Positions 53,301 to 62,989 of a stretch of DNA of 64,000 nucleotides are shown here, piece after piece. Source of the stretch: Octopus bimaculoides. Its lineage: Eukaryota. Position 1 is the stretch's first letter, and every line of letters starts with the position of its first letter. The position numbers and the translations under genes were made by a program. The notes beneath the pieces are model-generated. The model ran no database searches and was not told the origin of the DNA. It worked only from the letters and a program-made list of their open reading frames with translations. Where the stretch lies: the NCBI RefSeq assembly GCF_001194135.2, contig NC_068981.1:58604508-58668507 (forward strand). Reading direction: 5' to 3'.

Positions 53301-54935
53301 GGTTAATAAAAACTTATACATTTATAGTTATAGTAAAACTATAGGAGAGGAGGCTTGAAAGTTAGAGGAATAACACTTTCTTACTGATATATAATAGAAA
53401 TATTTTTTATAACTCACAAAACAAAAAAAACAAAAAAAATTAACTTTCCAGAAACTTTTTACAATATCATATTTAAAAAAAGATTATATCAAGTCTACAA
53501 ATTTAGTTTAAACAGGTTTGCATCTCCTTTGATTATGATTTACTTAATAACATATGTTAATATTGCAGATTCAGAAGTTTTACTATATGCAGTTGCCAAA
53601 GATTTATGAGATTGCTGGTTCTCAAAACGAAATCTATAGTTTTCTATAGGTAATCATCAGAGAAGCTAATTCCCTAATCAACAGTCCACTGCAGCTCAGA
53701 AGTTATGCATTTTCTCCTAACATGATCTGAAAGGACTAGAGCTAGAGACGTTCCTAACAGATCAAGTTCAGTTTTTAGATTTGGATCTGTTATTTTCGTT
53801 TGTGACAATTACTTCATTTCTTTAATATGGTTTCTGTTTTAAAAACTAATAGCTTTTCAGAACTAAGGGGAAATGGCAAAATATCCAATTCCATAAAATC
53901 CTTAAAACGCAAGGCACTCGCCTAAAGGAACATAACTGTAGTAATCAATGCGATACTTAAGATATAGTTGATGGTTAGCTATACCATTAACATGAACGCG
54001 TTACTTCCCTTGAAAAATCACTTTTAGAACTTTTTGGTAAACAAATGATATAACAAACATTTCTTATAAACTTAATCCTTTATGGACTACTAAATAAAGA
54101 TTATCACGATAAAGAAGCAATTGTAAATACCGATGACATCTCCGTAAACTATTCAAAGCGGTTAAATATGTAAACACTTATTCATAATAAGAGGGTTTAA
54201 ACGTCATTTCCTGAAAACTTTAAAAATATTTTTCCGTGCTAAATTTTTACTAAAATTTGTGAATTATTATGTCATGCAAAAGTAATTTAATTTCATTTTT
54301 GTAAACTTATAACGCTGACAAAAGACAGTTTGCAATCAAACACCGATTAGAAGCAGTGCTTAACTGTCTCAGTGCGTAATGATGGGAAGTGAATGAGTAC
54401 GACCTTTAAAGACTTGACAACTTGTAAGTTACAGTGGGTGGCAAGCACAGAAAAGGGATTACATAAGGCATCCAGATGGGATTATAAAGCTTCAAAACTC
54501 TATAACTTCAATAACTAGATTTAAAGTTTCATTGTTCAGTTCATGAAGCTTATTTGTACCAAGTAACTGAAACTTTTCTCAGCAATTGTTGGGGTAAAAT
54601 CAAAAATTACTTAAACAATTACTTGAACAATTTTTGGTAATAGCATGTGAAAGTGGCTTAAATAAAATTCAGACTTTCGAAAATAGGGAATATAAAAGTC
54701 TGATTTGATTTTCTTGAATTATCGAAATAAATAAATAATTCAAAAGAGGTAAACCAATTTTTCTCCCTATTTTTTCTTTCCTTATTTTTTCTATCGTATA
54801 TTATTTTAATAATTTCGAGTCAAAATGCTATTTATATTGACACTAGAAGCCATTCGAATAGATTAAAAAGAAAAAAAAAACTATCAGTGTTTAAGACGAA
54901 CATACCATCAATGTTTTTGATTTGTGACATGACAT
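26436..54935 (-). CDS. SPIDR: SPIDR (scaffold protein involved in DNA repair) gene span; 21 coding exons, 3042 nt, ~1013 aa
   Basis: GT-AG exons chain in consistent phase with no stops. Motifs match recalled human SPIDR in the same order: KDWQRCGDDF~EAWLRCGEGF, DIIWSSS~DITWSSS, NSAKKK..NGLA~NSAKKKLLRGGLA, VQIYPPWQEL~VRIFPPWQKL, LFSIIDTTW~IFSLIDTLW, VKVQGVIYSID..WQTCPKC~SVQGTVVGVD..WPVCDMC, YDVSTVLGQQLG..LEEIQLI~YEVKSVLGKEVG..LEEIELL. Confidence 0.9.
27299..27349 (-). CDS. SPIDR: SPIDR exon 20 (LQQKTIEGLLPGNNSGD)
   Basis: cttttag| ... GAT|gtaagt; resembles human LLQRSISSLL. Confidence 0.9.
28340..28454 (-). CDS. SPIDR: SPIDR exon 19 (WLFCFVCNC...YQVTVN)
   Basis: cttgcag| ... AAT|gtaggt; phase 2->0; second CxxC. 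Confidence 0.88.
28611..28829. mobile_element. Mariner-type MITE with both TIRs
   Basis: TA-TGAGGGGGTGCTGAAAAGTTCCTGGCTTT ... AAAGCCAAGAACTTTTCAGCACTCCCTT. Confidence 0.8.
28993..29210 (-). mobile_element. tRNA-derived SINE (family of 57078-57310), diverged
   Basis: Reverse-complement similarity including GTCAACTTTGCCTTTCA and TTTGAAATCAGAAC. Confidence 0.7.
29264..29363 (-). CDS. SPIDR: SPIDR exon 18 (VIYSIDQDKAVIWQTCPKC...NEE)
   Basis: caacag| ... AG|gtgatt; phase 1->2; first CxxC. Confidence 0.88.
29550..29990 (+). mobile_element. tRNA/CORE-like SINE composite with internal (TG)n
   Basis: GGTTCAGTCACACTG...CACTTTGGGCAAGTG head; GAT-tail-family-like 3' end. Confidence 0.7.
30764..30943 (-). 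CDS. SPIDR: SPIDR exon 17 (NFAIVDRFSRIW...LVKVQ)
   Basis: ttttcag| ... G|gtaagt; phase 1->1. Confidence 0.88.
31740..33560 (+). mobile_element. RTE-clade LINE, 5'-truncated; RT ORF 31963-32634, YADD at 32680-32691, disrupted
   Basis: KAPGPSGITAEMLK, QFGFVPGRSTIDAIF, AFVDLEKVFDRVP, GVHQG..LS.LLFII, YADD; stops and frameshifts downstream. Confidence 0.93.
33580..33930 (+). mobile_element. SINE-like segment with internal tandem ~60-bp units
   Basis: Repeated GCCAGTGCCCC..CTGGCTCCCAT..GTGGCATGTAAAA. Confidence 0.7.
33948..34221 (-). CDS. SPIDR: SPIDR exon 16 (KLGISDANCMEVILKDA...FILPN); 3' boundary uncertain
   Basis: taaacag| start; 91 open codons to A|gtatgg (phase 1). An earlier phase-1 donor A|gtgagg near 34170 is an alternative. 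Confidence 0.6.
35530..35592 (-). CDS. SPIDR: SPIDR exon 15 (VNEYVGQRLTFIGKLVYNWSK)
   Basis: tatttcag| ... AAG|gttaga; resembles human GTRCSFYATVIY. Confidence 0.85.
36166..36905 (-). mobile_element. Cluster of SINE-like copies plus an RTE 3' end
   Basis: (CAT)n tails at 36166 and 36251; RTE C-terminus RSGRPMKTCDEVLKNDLK at 36800-36900. Confidence 0.8.
36998..37851. mobile_element. Non-autonomous mariner foldback element, TA TSD, ~250-bp inverted arms, central transposase HTH remnant
   Basis: TA|CAAGGTCTGATCAATAAGTATCC ... GGATACTTATTGATCAGACCATG|TA; VYKWFRRFQDGRKNVDIDEHSGR...RITIRNLS. Confidence 0.88.
37993..38130 (-). CDS. SPIDR: SPIDR exon 14 (NTPGFCYEI...LKDFQQK)
   Basis: tcttcag| ... 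AAG|gtttgt; phase 0->0. Confidence 0.85.
38968..39091 (-). CDS. SPIDR: SPIDR exon 13 (EPDLFSIIDTTW...SVAK)
   Basis: ttttttag| ... AAA|gtaaga; phase 2->0. Confidence 0.88.
39769..39933 (-). CDS. SPIDR: SPIDR exon 12 (WSVLVEDTQG...GMRVLSRANRH)
   Basis: tatttcag| ... AG|gttaag; phase 2->2; resembles human CLLVQDACG...GMKVLQKVTR. Confidence 0.9.
40310..40554 (-). CDS. SPIDR: SPIDR exon 11 (ASNSQP...ILDSIQG...FQATILRVF...EVLT)
   Basis: cattgcag| ... TG|gtttgt; phase 0->2. Confidence 0.85.
41546..41610 (-). CDS. SPIDR: SPIDR exon 10 (GSLKQCPAHACPSLTKCPTLF)
   Basis: tgtgacag| ... TTT|gtaagt; phase 1->0; bridges exons 9 and 11. Confidence 0.82.
42060..42480 (-). mobile_element. CR1/L2 LINE 3' fragment
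   Basis: FRNIFFTFRIAKVWNKL, the CR1 C-terminal motif. Confidence 0.7.
43399..43568 (-). CDS. SPIDR: SPIDR exon 9 (QELSL...LLCTNYC...WNCPCSS)
   Basis: ttgatag| ... T|gtatgt; phase 2->1; completes PPW|QEL. Confidence 0.9.
44200..44870 (+). mobile_element. Highly decayed RTE fragment
   Basis: Colinear similarity to 32900-33550. Confidence 0.65.
45548..45758 (-). mobile_element. Young SINE-like (GAT-tail) copy
   Basis: Near-identical reverse complement of 130-341. Confidence 0.88.
46256..46463 (-). CDS. SPIDR: SPIDR exon 8 (CSEMLTVSI...VQIYPP)
   Basis: tgaatag| ... TG|gtaagt; phase 1->2. Confidence 0.9.
47585..47676 (-). CDS. SPIDR: SPIDR exon 7 (NGLAAKLLRFQARSR...KLS)
   Basis: atttcag| ... 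G|gtattt; phase 2->1. Confidence 0.85.
48495..48712 (-). CDS. SPIDR: SPIDR exon 6 (TTNSDIS...NSAKKKRKYI)
   Basis: ttttcag| ... AG|gttagt; phase 0->2. Confidence 0.88.
49198..49284 (-). CDS. SPIDR: SPIDR exon 5 (SGVAIEDFPSDEE...KKKN)
   Basis: tttctag| ... AAT|gtaagt; phase 0->0. Confidence 0.85.
49956..50157 (-). CDS. SPIDR: SPIDR exon 4 (VKHEKIRK...NFQYQ)
   Basis: cttgttag| ... CAA|gtaatt; phase 2->0; 67 open codons. Confidence 0.8.
50575..50770 (-). mobile_element. Diverged SINE-like copy
   Basis: (CAT)n tail and family body. Confidence 0.6.
50927..51092 (-). CDS. SPIDR: SPIDR exon 3 (LNQEDIIWSSSDEES...NDQA)
   Basis: tatttcag| ... AA|gtaaga; phase 1->2. Confidence 0.88.
52849..53071 (-). 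CDS. SPIDR: SPIDR exon 2 (ESSDEDF...KDWQRCGDDF...EESI)
   Basis: tttgcag| ... G|gtaagt; phase 0->1. Confidence 0.88.
54906..54935 (-). CDS. SPIDR: SPIDR exon 1 (MSCHKSKTLM)
   Basis: ATG downstream of the YY1-like promoter; donor ATG|gtatgt is phase 0, matching exon 2. Confidence 0.6.
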
Positions 54936-54939
54936 TTTC

Positions 54940-55010
54940 TTATCTTGAGAAAAACACGTTCAAATTGCCGCCATCTTAGGTATTCGTCTACGTGATTTCC
55001 GGGCAAACGA
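54940..55010 (-). promoter_or_regulatory. SPIDR promoter/5'UTR with YY1-type (AAGATGGCGGC) and ETS-type (CCGGAA) motifs
   Basis: Local CpG-rich patch directly upstream of the first coding exon. Confidence 0.6.
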
Positions 55011-55274
55011 GCCTGCAATTTAGTTTCGATTCCCAATTGTAGCCATTTTATTTCACTTATGTCCCTATTGTTGTATTTTGTGTACTTCTACTGTATGAGT
55101 TAGAGCTTCGCGTAGATTACTATTATCCAGTCAACTTCCAGTATAGTGATTAGTTGACCACTGTTTAGGGAAGATTTTGTCCTAGGGAGCTTTTGTCCTA
55201 CAAAAGCCCTTCGGACAAAATTCCCTCGGTTATATTTTTTGGTCATTTTGGGGGGTTTTTTTTTTTTCTAAATT

Positions 55275-55440
55275 TTTTTTTTACTTGTTTCAGTCAGTGG
55301 ACTGCGGCCATGCTGGGACACCGCCTTGAGGAATTTTTAGTCGAATACATGACCGAAGTCTAGTCACTGAAACAAGTAAGAAGGAAAAAAAAAATTCTGG
55401 GGTCAATACGTTCAACTAAATAGTCTTCAAGGCGGTACCA
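55275..55440. mobile_element. SINE fragment
   Basis: TTACTTGTTTCAGTCA..GACTGCGGCCATGCTGG is shared with 24390-24440; an inverted partial copy follows. Confidence 0.6.
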
Positions 55441-55516
55441 ATTGGTATACTATATACCAAGTGGAATCAGCAAAACCGTATACCTTATACCAAGTGGAAT
55501 TAGCAAAACATGGCTT

Positions 55517-56270
55517 TTAGGTGAGTTGGGCGAAGACCAAACTGATATATGTCAGTAATGGCCCAGACTCTCTCCCTCTCCATATTGGCCCTGACATTGT
55601 GGAGTTTATGAGCTCCTTCATCTGCCTGGGATTCACAGTCACCAACAATGGGGTTCTGACCCCAGAGATCAACCGCAGATGTTGTCTGGCCACTAGGGTC
55701 ATGTGCTCCCTATGGAAGCCCTTTTGGCGCCATTGCTCTCTTTCCCGGAAGATGAAGCTTCGCATCTACAATGCATTGGTTCTCTCTGTTTTCTGTGGAG
55801 CAGAAATTTGGCCTCTTACGAAGACCCTGGCAAAGAGGATCGACAGCTTCAATAGCAGAGCCCCGAGAACTACCCAGAACATCAAATGGTACCATCACGT
55901 TTCCAACAAAGAACTGTGCGCGCGTACGCATCAGTCTGCAGCCTCCTACCTCATAGCTATCCGCTGTATGCGCTGGTACGGTCATGTCCTCTGCCTCCCA
56001 CCAGATCATCCTACCAGTGCCTTACTCTCATTCGATGCAGCATCAGCGGGTTGGAAGAGGTGTCATGACGAGCCCCACACCAGATGGCTGGATGTGATTA
56101 AGGAAGATCTCCAGAAGCTCGACGTCGTCTTGGAGGGTGTAGAGGGGCTGGCACAGGACTACCACCGATGGGGAACATTGATGCACCTAATCGGCTGCAC
56201 GCCACAGCTCTGAGACCACCAACCTGGGATGACCCCGACCCCATCATGCAAGAGCATGAAGAAGCAAGCA
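55517..56270 (+). mobile_element. RTE-clade LINE 3' part (ORF 55521-56213)
   Basis: SWAKTK...FICLG...KLRIYNALVLSVF.GAEIW...MRWYGHVL...RWLDVIKEDL. Confidence 0.9.
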
Positions 56271-56339
56271 AGCAGTTGCTTACTTGTTCTTTACGTTTTG
56301 ATACAATGATTTCTATCACAGAATTTATATGTCAGTTGT

Positions 56340-57050
56340 TTCCTGATGTCATAAATCTCTAACAAAATCATGTTCTTGGCTTTACGCGAGGACATAATGA
56401 TTCGAGTTCGATTTCTAGGTTGTGACTTGGTAGTTGAGACACTGCCAGTATTCTTACTACTTAAGAAATGCTCAATTTTGGTAGATTTTCTAGAATAGCG
56501 TCCACAACTCAAAGATTGTCGATGTTGTTCTGGAAGATGTGGAAAAGGGATTCATTCCATTATGTTGGAAGAAGGCAGAAGAGAGTTTTGTACCACCAGC
56601 CAAATCAGATCCACCTTACTCTTGAGTGTTGAAAATAAATTCTTTTTAGTATTAGCCATACATGACTGACAATAGATGCATAAACACCTCTCTCCAAAAA
56701 GGTGAGATTCTAAGTTTCTCTGGATGTTTGGAACACACCAGAGTTCTCAGTCAGACGATCCGAGAGACTAAAGAAGTAAAAAAAATAAAAAAAATAAAAG
56801 GGATCTGAGATTTGGAGGATGTCTTCATAATGCAATCATAAATTACTGTCATATTCCTTTGAGAGGTAACTGAATACAAGTAGTATAAGGAGAGGCTATA
56901 TCCAATCAAATGCTTTGGATAGTGTTTAATAATTCACTCACTGACCGCAACAACATTGCCAATACTGAGAAGCAGACAAAGAAGTTGCTGAGGCGGAATG
57001 AAAGATTTGGGCTTCCAGGAAAATTTAAAGCTCTTTTTAAAGATGATCTA
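56340..57050 (-). mobile_element. Possible decayed CR1-like LINE remnant
   Basis: LSKAFD-like motif near 56910-56930; heavily disrupted. Confidence 0.3.
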
Positions 57051-57077
57051 TGAGCTGTTCCAATAGTTTGGTAGCGA

Positions 57078-57310
57078 GAGCGGCGAGCTGGCAGAATCGT
57101 TAGCACGCCGGGCGAAATGCTTCGCGGTATTTCGTCTGCCGTTACGTTTCGGGTTCAAATTCCGCCGAGGTCGACTTTGCCTTTCATCCTTTCGCGGGTC
57201 GATTAAATAAGTACCAGTTACGCACTGGGGTCGATGTAATCGACTTAATCCTTTTATCTGTTCTTGTTTGTCTCCTCTATGTTTAACCCCCTGTCAGCAA
57301 TAAAGAAATA
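57078..57310 (+). mobile_element. Young tRNA-derived SINE
   Basis: A-box TGGCAGAATCG, B-box GGTTCAAATTCC, CpGs retained, A-rich end. Confidence 0.85.
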
Positions 57311-57792
57311 AATACTTTGGTAGCATGGGTAAGCCTATCACCAGATTCTCCACCACAGATATTTAAAGATAATTTCTGAATTCGAAGCTGTTGCATCCGA
57401 TTGTTGGCAAGTTTGTCATTCTGAGGAAACATTGGAAACAAAGATAAAAATGCAACTTTCGATCTTCGGTCACGAATCCATTATATATCTCCTACATATA
57501 TAAAGAGTAGAGAGACGATGTATAATAATATCAACTATACTTATGAGGTTTGTTTTACTGGACCAGTTAGTTTTCTAGGTTTGTAAATTGGTAAAAATAG
57601 CATTTGATTCCCAACTTTTGCTTCTTCACTTTCAAGATTCCTATTAGAGATTTATTCAACCATACATTAATTCATTTTCCCAGACTCTGGCTCACTAGAA
57701 AAACAATACCTCCTTAGGTTACTTCTACTTAAAACTCTTTCTGAGACACTGGTCCACTTTAAAAATGGAACACAATTGAACTTTTGCCAGTG

Positions 57793-59320
57793 AAGACAGG
57801 AATTTCGCAGTTAGTGGTCCAACTCCACCAAACATCTCGAACGCCACAGGATGGAAAATGTAGTTGGCTGACAGATCGCGGCATTTCAGGATTTTGTCCC
57901 GCTCGGCCGCAGAAGCTGTGGATTTCACCCTGACCACAGCATCCAGGATGTGAGAAGAAGCAAAGGAGTCGCTAACTGTGACATTCCAGACAGGGCATCT
58001 GCCTTGTGACCAGGGGCACAGGGTGATGCCGTCAGGTCTCTTCCCCTCACATCTGGACAATCCAGATGGTTCTACGATGGAGGGGATCTTTACCCGGGTC
58101 AAGCTCCTCTTGAGTATCAGGTTCAACTCCGTATAAGGCGCGAAGCGACCAGCATTCATGCGGCAAGGAAGGACATAGAGGCCTGTGGAGTCGAGGAGCC
58201 TACCACAACCACAGATCAAACCCCTGCATACGCCAGCTCCCACTCTGAGGGTAATGGAGACACGGAGTTCGCCCAAGCTGAGTAGGTAACCAACATTATC
58301 AACAGGGGTGGCATCAATCCAGTCACGTGAGTATTTGGCGCTAGCAGACAGTAAGTGGGACCTTGAAAACTGGTCCGACTGGATGAAGAGGGAGTCGAAG
58401 GTGGCCTTCGAAATTATGTTGTCCCAAGTTCTCTGACTCCGACAGTCCTCCGCCTTCACAGGAGCAGACAAGCCCAATTCCCCAGTGTTGGAGAGCTTAA
58501 TCCAACTCCTTGTTGGAACTGGTCCATATTGGAGAGGAGAGGATGTTGCTCATCAGGGTGGAGCAGGCGTGGGTGGAGAAAAGGAAGCAGGGGAGAGAGA
58601 GGGACGAACACTTACAAAGACCAAGACCTCCAAATCGCTTGGGCAATGTAGCCTGATCGCGGGACGTTGGAGAGAGTCTGACATCGACGAAGCATTCGAG
58701 TCTCTCAAAGATTAGGTTGTCGAAGCGTTGGAGGCACGATGGAAATCGGTAAGATGAGCTGAGTCTGAGTGAATATAGAAACTTAAGGATCGAGAGGTAA
58801 TTCCTAAGTATGAAAAAACCTTGATGGGGTTCGATAGCTTCAATATTTTTCAAGGGTAACCATCTTCGACTGGAAGATGGACTCAAAAGAAAGGTTAGTG
58901 ATTGGGGCACATAGAGAGCACCAAGCCGATGGGGGAGGGACTGCAATGGAAGGGAAGGACTCTGCAAAAAGATCAATAGTTGGTTGATGTTGAGAAGCCG
59001 GGCGGTTGAGGATCCATAGCTCACATTTGGGGCTGTTTCCTTGGAGACCCTGGAGACCAAGCTCCCCAACCATCATGTTCGCAATGGCGAGAACCCTGTT
59101 CGAAGGCCACCTCCCAAACAAGCATCGTTGAGATACCAGACGTTGAGGTCTAGCTCGATGCTAATCTTGGTGATGTCATCAATACTCAGTGTGAACAGAG
59201 CGGACTCGAGTGGGTCGCCCTGTTGGACTCCTGAGGCGGAGGTCATGATTTTGTCACCGAAAGAGAGATAGGACTCGTGATAAGCCTGCCATGCAAGGCG
59301 GTAGAGTTGTGGGACCTTCT
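57793..59320 (-). mobile_element. CRE-clade (RLE endonuclease) non-LTR retrotransposon fragment, RT to RLE
   Basis: SGVQQGDPL..LF, LNVWYLND(D), CGCG..LDSTG, EPSGL..GKRPDG.T..PW..G...W.VTV.D.FASSH. Confidence 0.85.
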
Positions 59321-59876
59321 CTGTCGTTGTGGCAGGCTCCTCGACTCCACAGGTCTCCATGACCTTTCTTGCTGCTTGAGTGCTGGTCGCTTCGCGCGTC
59401 ATACGGAGTTGAACCTGTTACTCAAGAGGAGCTTGTCCCGAGTAAAACATCCCCTCCACCTTGGAACCATCTGGATTGTCCAGATGTGATGGGAGGAGAA
59501 CTGACGGCCTCACCATGGCCGCAAGGTAGATGCCTTGTCTTGGATGTCACAGTTAGCGACTCCTTTGCTTCTTCTCACATCCTGGATGCTGCGGTCAGCT
59601 TCTACGGCCGAGCGGAACAAAATCCAGAAATACCGCGATCTGTCGGCCAACTACATTTTCTATCCTGTGACGTTCGAGATATTTGGTGGGGTCGGACCAC
59701 TAACTGCGAGATTCCTGTCTTCACTGGCAACTCGCCTTGCAGAGGTAACTGATGAAGCTCGTGAGGGCGCATGGCTGTTCCAGCGCACCAGCCTCGCCAT
59801 CATCCGCGGCAAGCGTGTCTCAATAGCCATGAGAATGGTTTACCAGCGCCCCCAACATTTCAACCCAAGGTGGTGA
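59321..59876 (+). mobile_element. Second CRE-clade copy (RLE to C-terminus), inverted relative to the first
   Basis: CRCGRLLDSTGLHDLSC...RHTELN; ...WLFQRTSLAIIRG. Confidence 0.85.
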
Positions 59877-60689
59877 ATTTTTTGTTTCCTTTTTCTTTTT
59901 AATCTTTTCAATTGTATTCCCTGTTTTGTCCACTTTTCTAGTTTGATTTTGTAAAACGGTAAACACTGAAGGCAATAAAATTGAACTTTTAGTGTTTTTA
60001 TATGAAAAGTACAACAAAGTTCTCACACAACAAACGCCATCCAAAAATACCTCCCAGATCACTCATTTTGATGGGGAACGCTTCTCATTGAAATCAGTTT
60101 GATTAGCATGTGAATGACTGACTGATATGCGTTGTGGTTGTAATGTAGTCGTCAGAACAAATGAACCAGATAGGTTTGTATGAATTATCTGGCTTTCAGA
60201 GAAGAGAATATGTGAATAAATATTGGTACATCCATTGCTTCTGTTAGTCCAAGTCAAGCTTGATCGAAGTGACCTATGATCAAACGCAATCTAGCCGTGT
60301 CAACTATTTATCTATTTTATAAAAATATATACTGTATTTAGAACAACATTATCATACATGTTCGCCTTTTTAAAATATAAAGTTTTGGGTTGTTATTTTT
60401 AGCAAGCTGAGTAATTAAGATTCTGCGTTGGCTCGACTGGAATAAATTTTCAGAGGGAACAACACTGTCGGGAAGTTCCGAAATCATTGTAATGTTCAAA
60501 CGACAGTCGACGAGGGGAGTGTCACCGCAGTGCAAGCTGTATATAAATAATCGTAAATATATATATATATATATACATATATATAAATCATTTCTAAGTA
60601 AGAGACAGAAAACAAGTATTCTAGGTGAATATAACAATTAATCATTAAATTCAATAAAATATTTTTCCTAGCTATTGTACCATGATGCT

Positions 60690-60783
60690 TTGGAATAAAT
60701 ACTTCCGCTTATAATTTTTTTTGCCCGTTGAAAATAATTATCTCCCTTTACGAAACACGCCAAAGCAACCATCAGGTTGTTCA
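60690..60783 (+). promoter_or_regulatory. RPL38: RPL38 promoter and non-coding exon 1 (~60741-60783)
   Basis: ETS-like ACTTCCG, then pyrimidine-rich TCTCCCTTT (TCT/5'TOP-like start typical of ribosomal protein genes); donor tca|gtaagt at 60784. Confidence 0.65.
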
Positions 60784-61288
60784 GTAAGTTTGTCATATAA
60801 ATCTCTTTTCATCTGTGACACGTATATGGTTTTAATTTATAAATTTTGGCAATTTAAATTAGGATGAGTATTAACATTATAGAAATGATTACATTTGTTG
60901 TTTTATGTTGGACTTGATTTGTTGTACAATGATTCTTAGAACCCATGGTCGAGCCTCATTCTTTTGCTATCCCTTTATATCTTCAACAGTCAAATGAAGT
61001 TAAACAGATTTATCACGTTTAAAAATTTAGCTTTTTAATATGTCGTTTATTTATCACTTTATGTTGGCTTAAGATTTTCTCTTTTATATCATTTACCTGA
61101 AAACAAAAGCAATTTAAAACATGTTATGAAAACGCTTTCCCTTTCAAATTTTTCTCGATTTCTCCGACCAAGACCTTTGAAGTCTATACCTGAAAAATAT
61201 GCACGTGAATATTTAAAAATGTAATTATTTCAATATCTTGTTGAAATTAATTGACGTTTTATTTTATTTTCAGCTCTCAACATTCAAA

Positions 61289-61291
61289 ATG
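61289..61291 (+). CDS. RPL38: RPL38 start codon at the end of exon 2 (exon 61274-61291)
   Basis: tattttcag|ctctcaacattcaaaATG|gtgagt. Confidence 0.82.
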
Positions 61292-62375
61292 GTGAGTATT
61301 TTGACTTGTCCTATTTTCTGTTCAGATTTATAGACTAATTTTTATAGATGATCTGTATTAAATACTGCATGCATGTCTAAATTAGATACAGATTAACTGA
61401 AAGAATTGTAAATTCAAATGCAGCATAGAATAATATAACTACAGTTATTATTTCGTGCTAATATCTGTAAAAAGAAAATATTTTAAAAGACTAAAATCAG
61501 TGATATTTTATTTTAAAAGGTTTCAAATTGAATGTTGTATTTTACTGTGTAATATATTCAAGAGTAATGAAAACTTATGCCATCGGTGGGGGAAAGAAAA
61601 TCAGCCGAGTTGAATATTGTCGCCTATTTTCGTATTTTAGCCAGAGCAAATTTGGTAGAGCTATCATAATTCCGCCATTGGCAGAATTTAAAACCAGCAA
61701 TCTACAACATTTATAACAAATATTCCCCCCCCAGTCTTTTCGTTAAGTCTGAAATATTGGCAATTTGTTGCTCTAAAGCGATCTCAGAATTTGTACAAGT
61801 AAATCTGGCTTAACAAAAAACCACGTGTTCTAAGAACAAATCGGAGATGCGAACTCTTAAGCCATCTCCTTTTTGGATCTTTATAGGAATGTTTTTTTTT
61901 TATGGTTTGATTTATTTAATTTATAACAATTCTTTGCACTGAGACGAAAATTCACATGTGACTCGATTAACTTAATGTTTTCATGATCGCCTCATGCTGT
62001 TAACTTGTTTAGTCATCATAATGTCACGTGGCGCTTTCTTCACTAACTCTTCTGTTTACATTTAACGAGCACCTTTGGCAAACTTTTTTCTTGCATCCGG
62101 AATTTGAGGAAATAGTTAATCGAGGTTGTTTTTCACGACTTTTTCGAATATTGTACTACTGTTTACGAATTTGATAAGTAGAGAAAAACAATTTCTGTCC
62201 ATGTGTTACCAATTGAAATAATCGGTACTATTCAAGAAGAGTGGATCCACCTATTTTTATCCTCTCTATCCCATCCTCCGTTGTATTTGCGCTTGCACAT
62301 CATAGATTCATCTATTTCTACTTTGTGTAAAAAAATTATTTACTTTGTTTAGAAAAAAACCCTCGTACATCTTTT

Positions 62376-62546
62376 GCGCATGACGCGCACTCGCTAGGTA
62401 GTCGTAGGATCGACGAGTCACGACTAGCTAGCGCGAGTGCGAGCACCAGGACCACGCCTTGAATAGTACCAAAGTGAACATTGTTTGTTTGAAGTCCAGG
62501 CTACTTTCAATATCGGCGCGTTTCACTGTTGGGGACACACACATTA
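62376..62546 (+). ncRNA. Candidate H/ACA sno/scaRNA (hairpin-H-hairpin-ACA) in RPL38 intron 2
   Basis: GC-rich island in an AT-rich intron. Perfect 9-bp stem 62386-62394/62433-62441 plus 7-bp stem TAGTCGT/ACGACTA. ANANNA (ATAGTA) at 62463-62468, second hairpin 62469-62534, ACA at 62535. Confidence 0.55.
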
Positions 62547-62928
62547 ATGCATACCTGAAGCCTATCTCCGTCACTGTGTGTGTGTGTGTCAATCATCATG
62601 AAAATGTATACTGACAGACACACCATCACACACATGCTACTTAGTCCTCGGCCTAATGTTGGTAACGAACGTGCAACCACTCATAGAAATTGTCATCGTC
62701 ATTGTGGTGGTGATGCGAAAAAGGATAATGTTAAATTTTTGTAATGCAAATTTGTGAATAAAAATATAGTTTAGTTGGAAGCCAAAAGCTTATTGATTCT
62801 TTTGATACCCCTTGTGTCAAAATCAGCAACTCAGTTCTGGAATGCATAAGGAACATATGAATCCTTGTAATTTTAAAATATCATTTTAGTGAAATTTTCA
62901 TCAACTTCTATCTGATTTTATCTTATAG

Positions 62929-62989
62929 CCAAGACAAATATCGGAAATAAAGGAATTTTTGTTGACTGCGAGAAGGAAAGATGCAAAAT
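62929..62989 (+). CDS. RPL38: RPL38 (60S ribosomal protein L38/eL38) exon 3, [20 protein letters not shown]; remaining exons not found in the window
   Basis: cttatag| ... T|gtgagt; near-identical to eL38 N-terminus [22 protein letters not shown]. Confidence 0.95.

Noticed and set aside
60240-60500. Divergent antisense exons upstream of RPL38
   Set aside because: Only weak splice signals; not supportable without RNA data.
62340-62560. Telomerase RNA, U3 or a hybrid C/D-H/ACA scaRNA
   Set aside because: No CTAACCCTAA template; U3 boxes C', B and C are absent; ATGACGC/CTGA lack a terminal stem.
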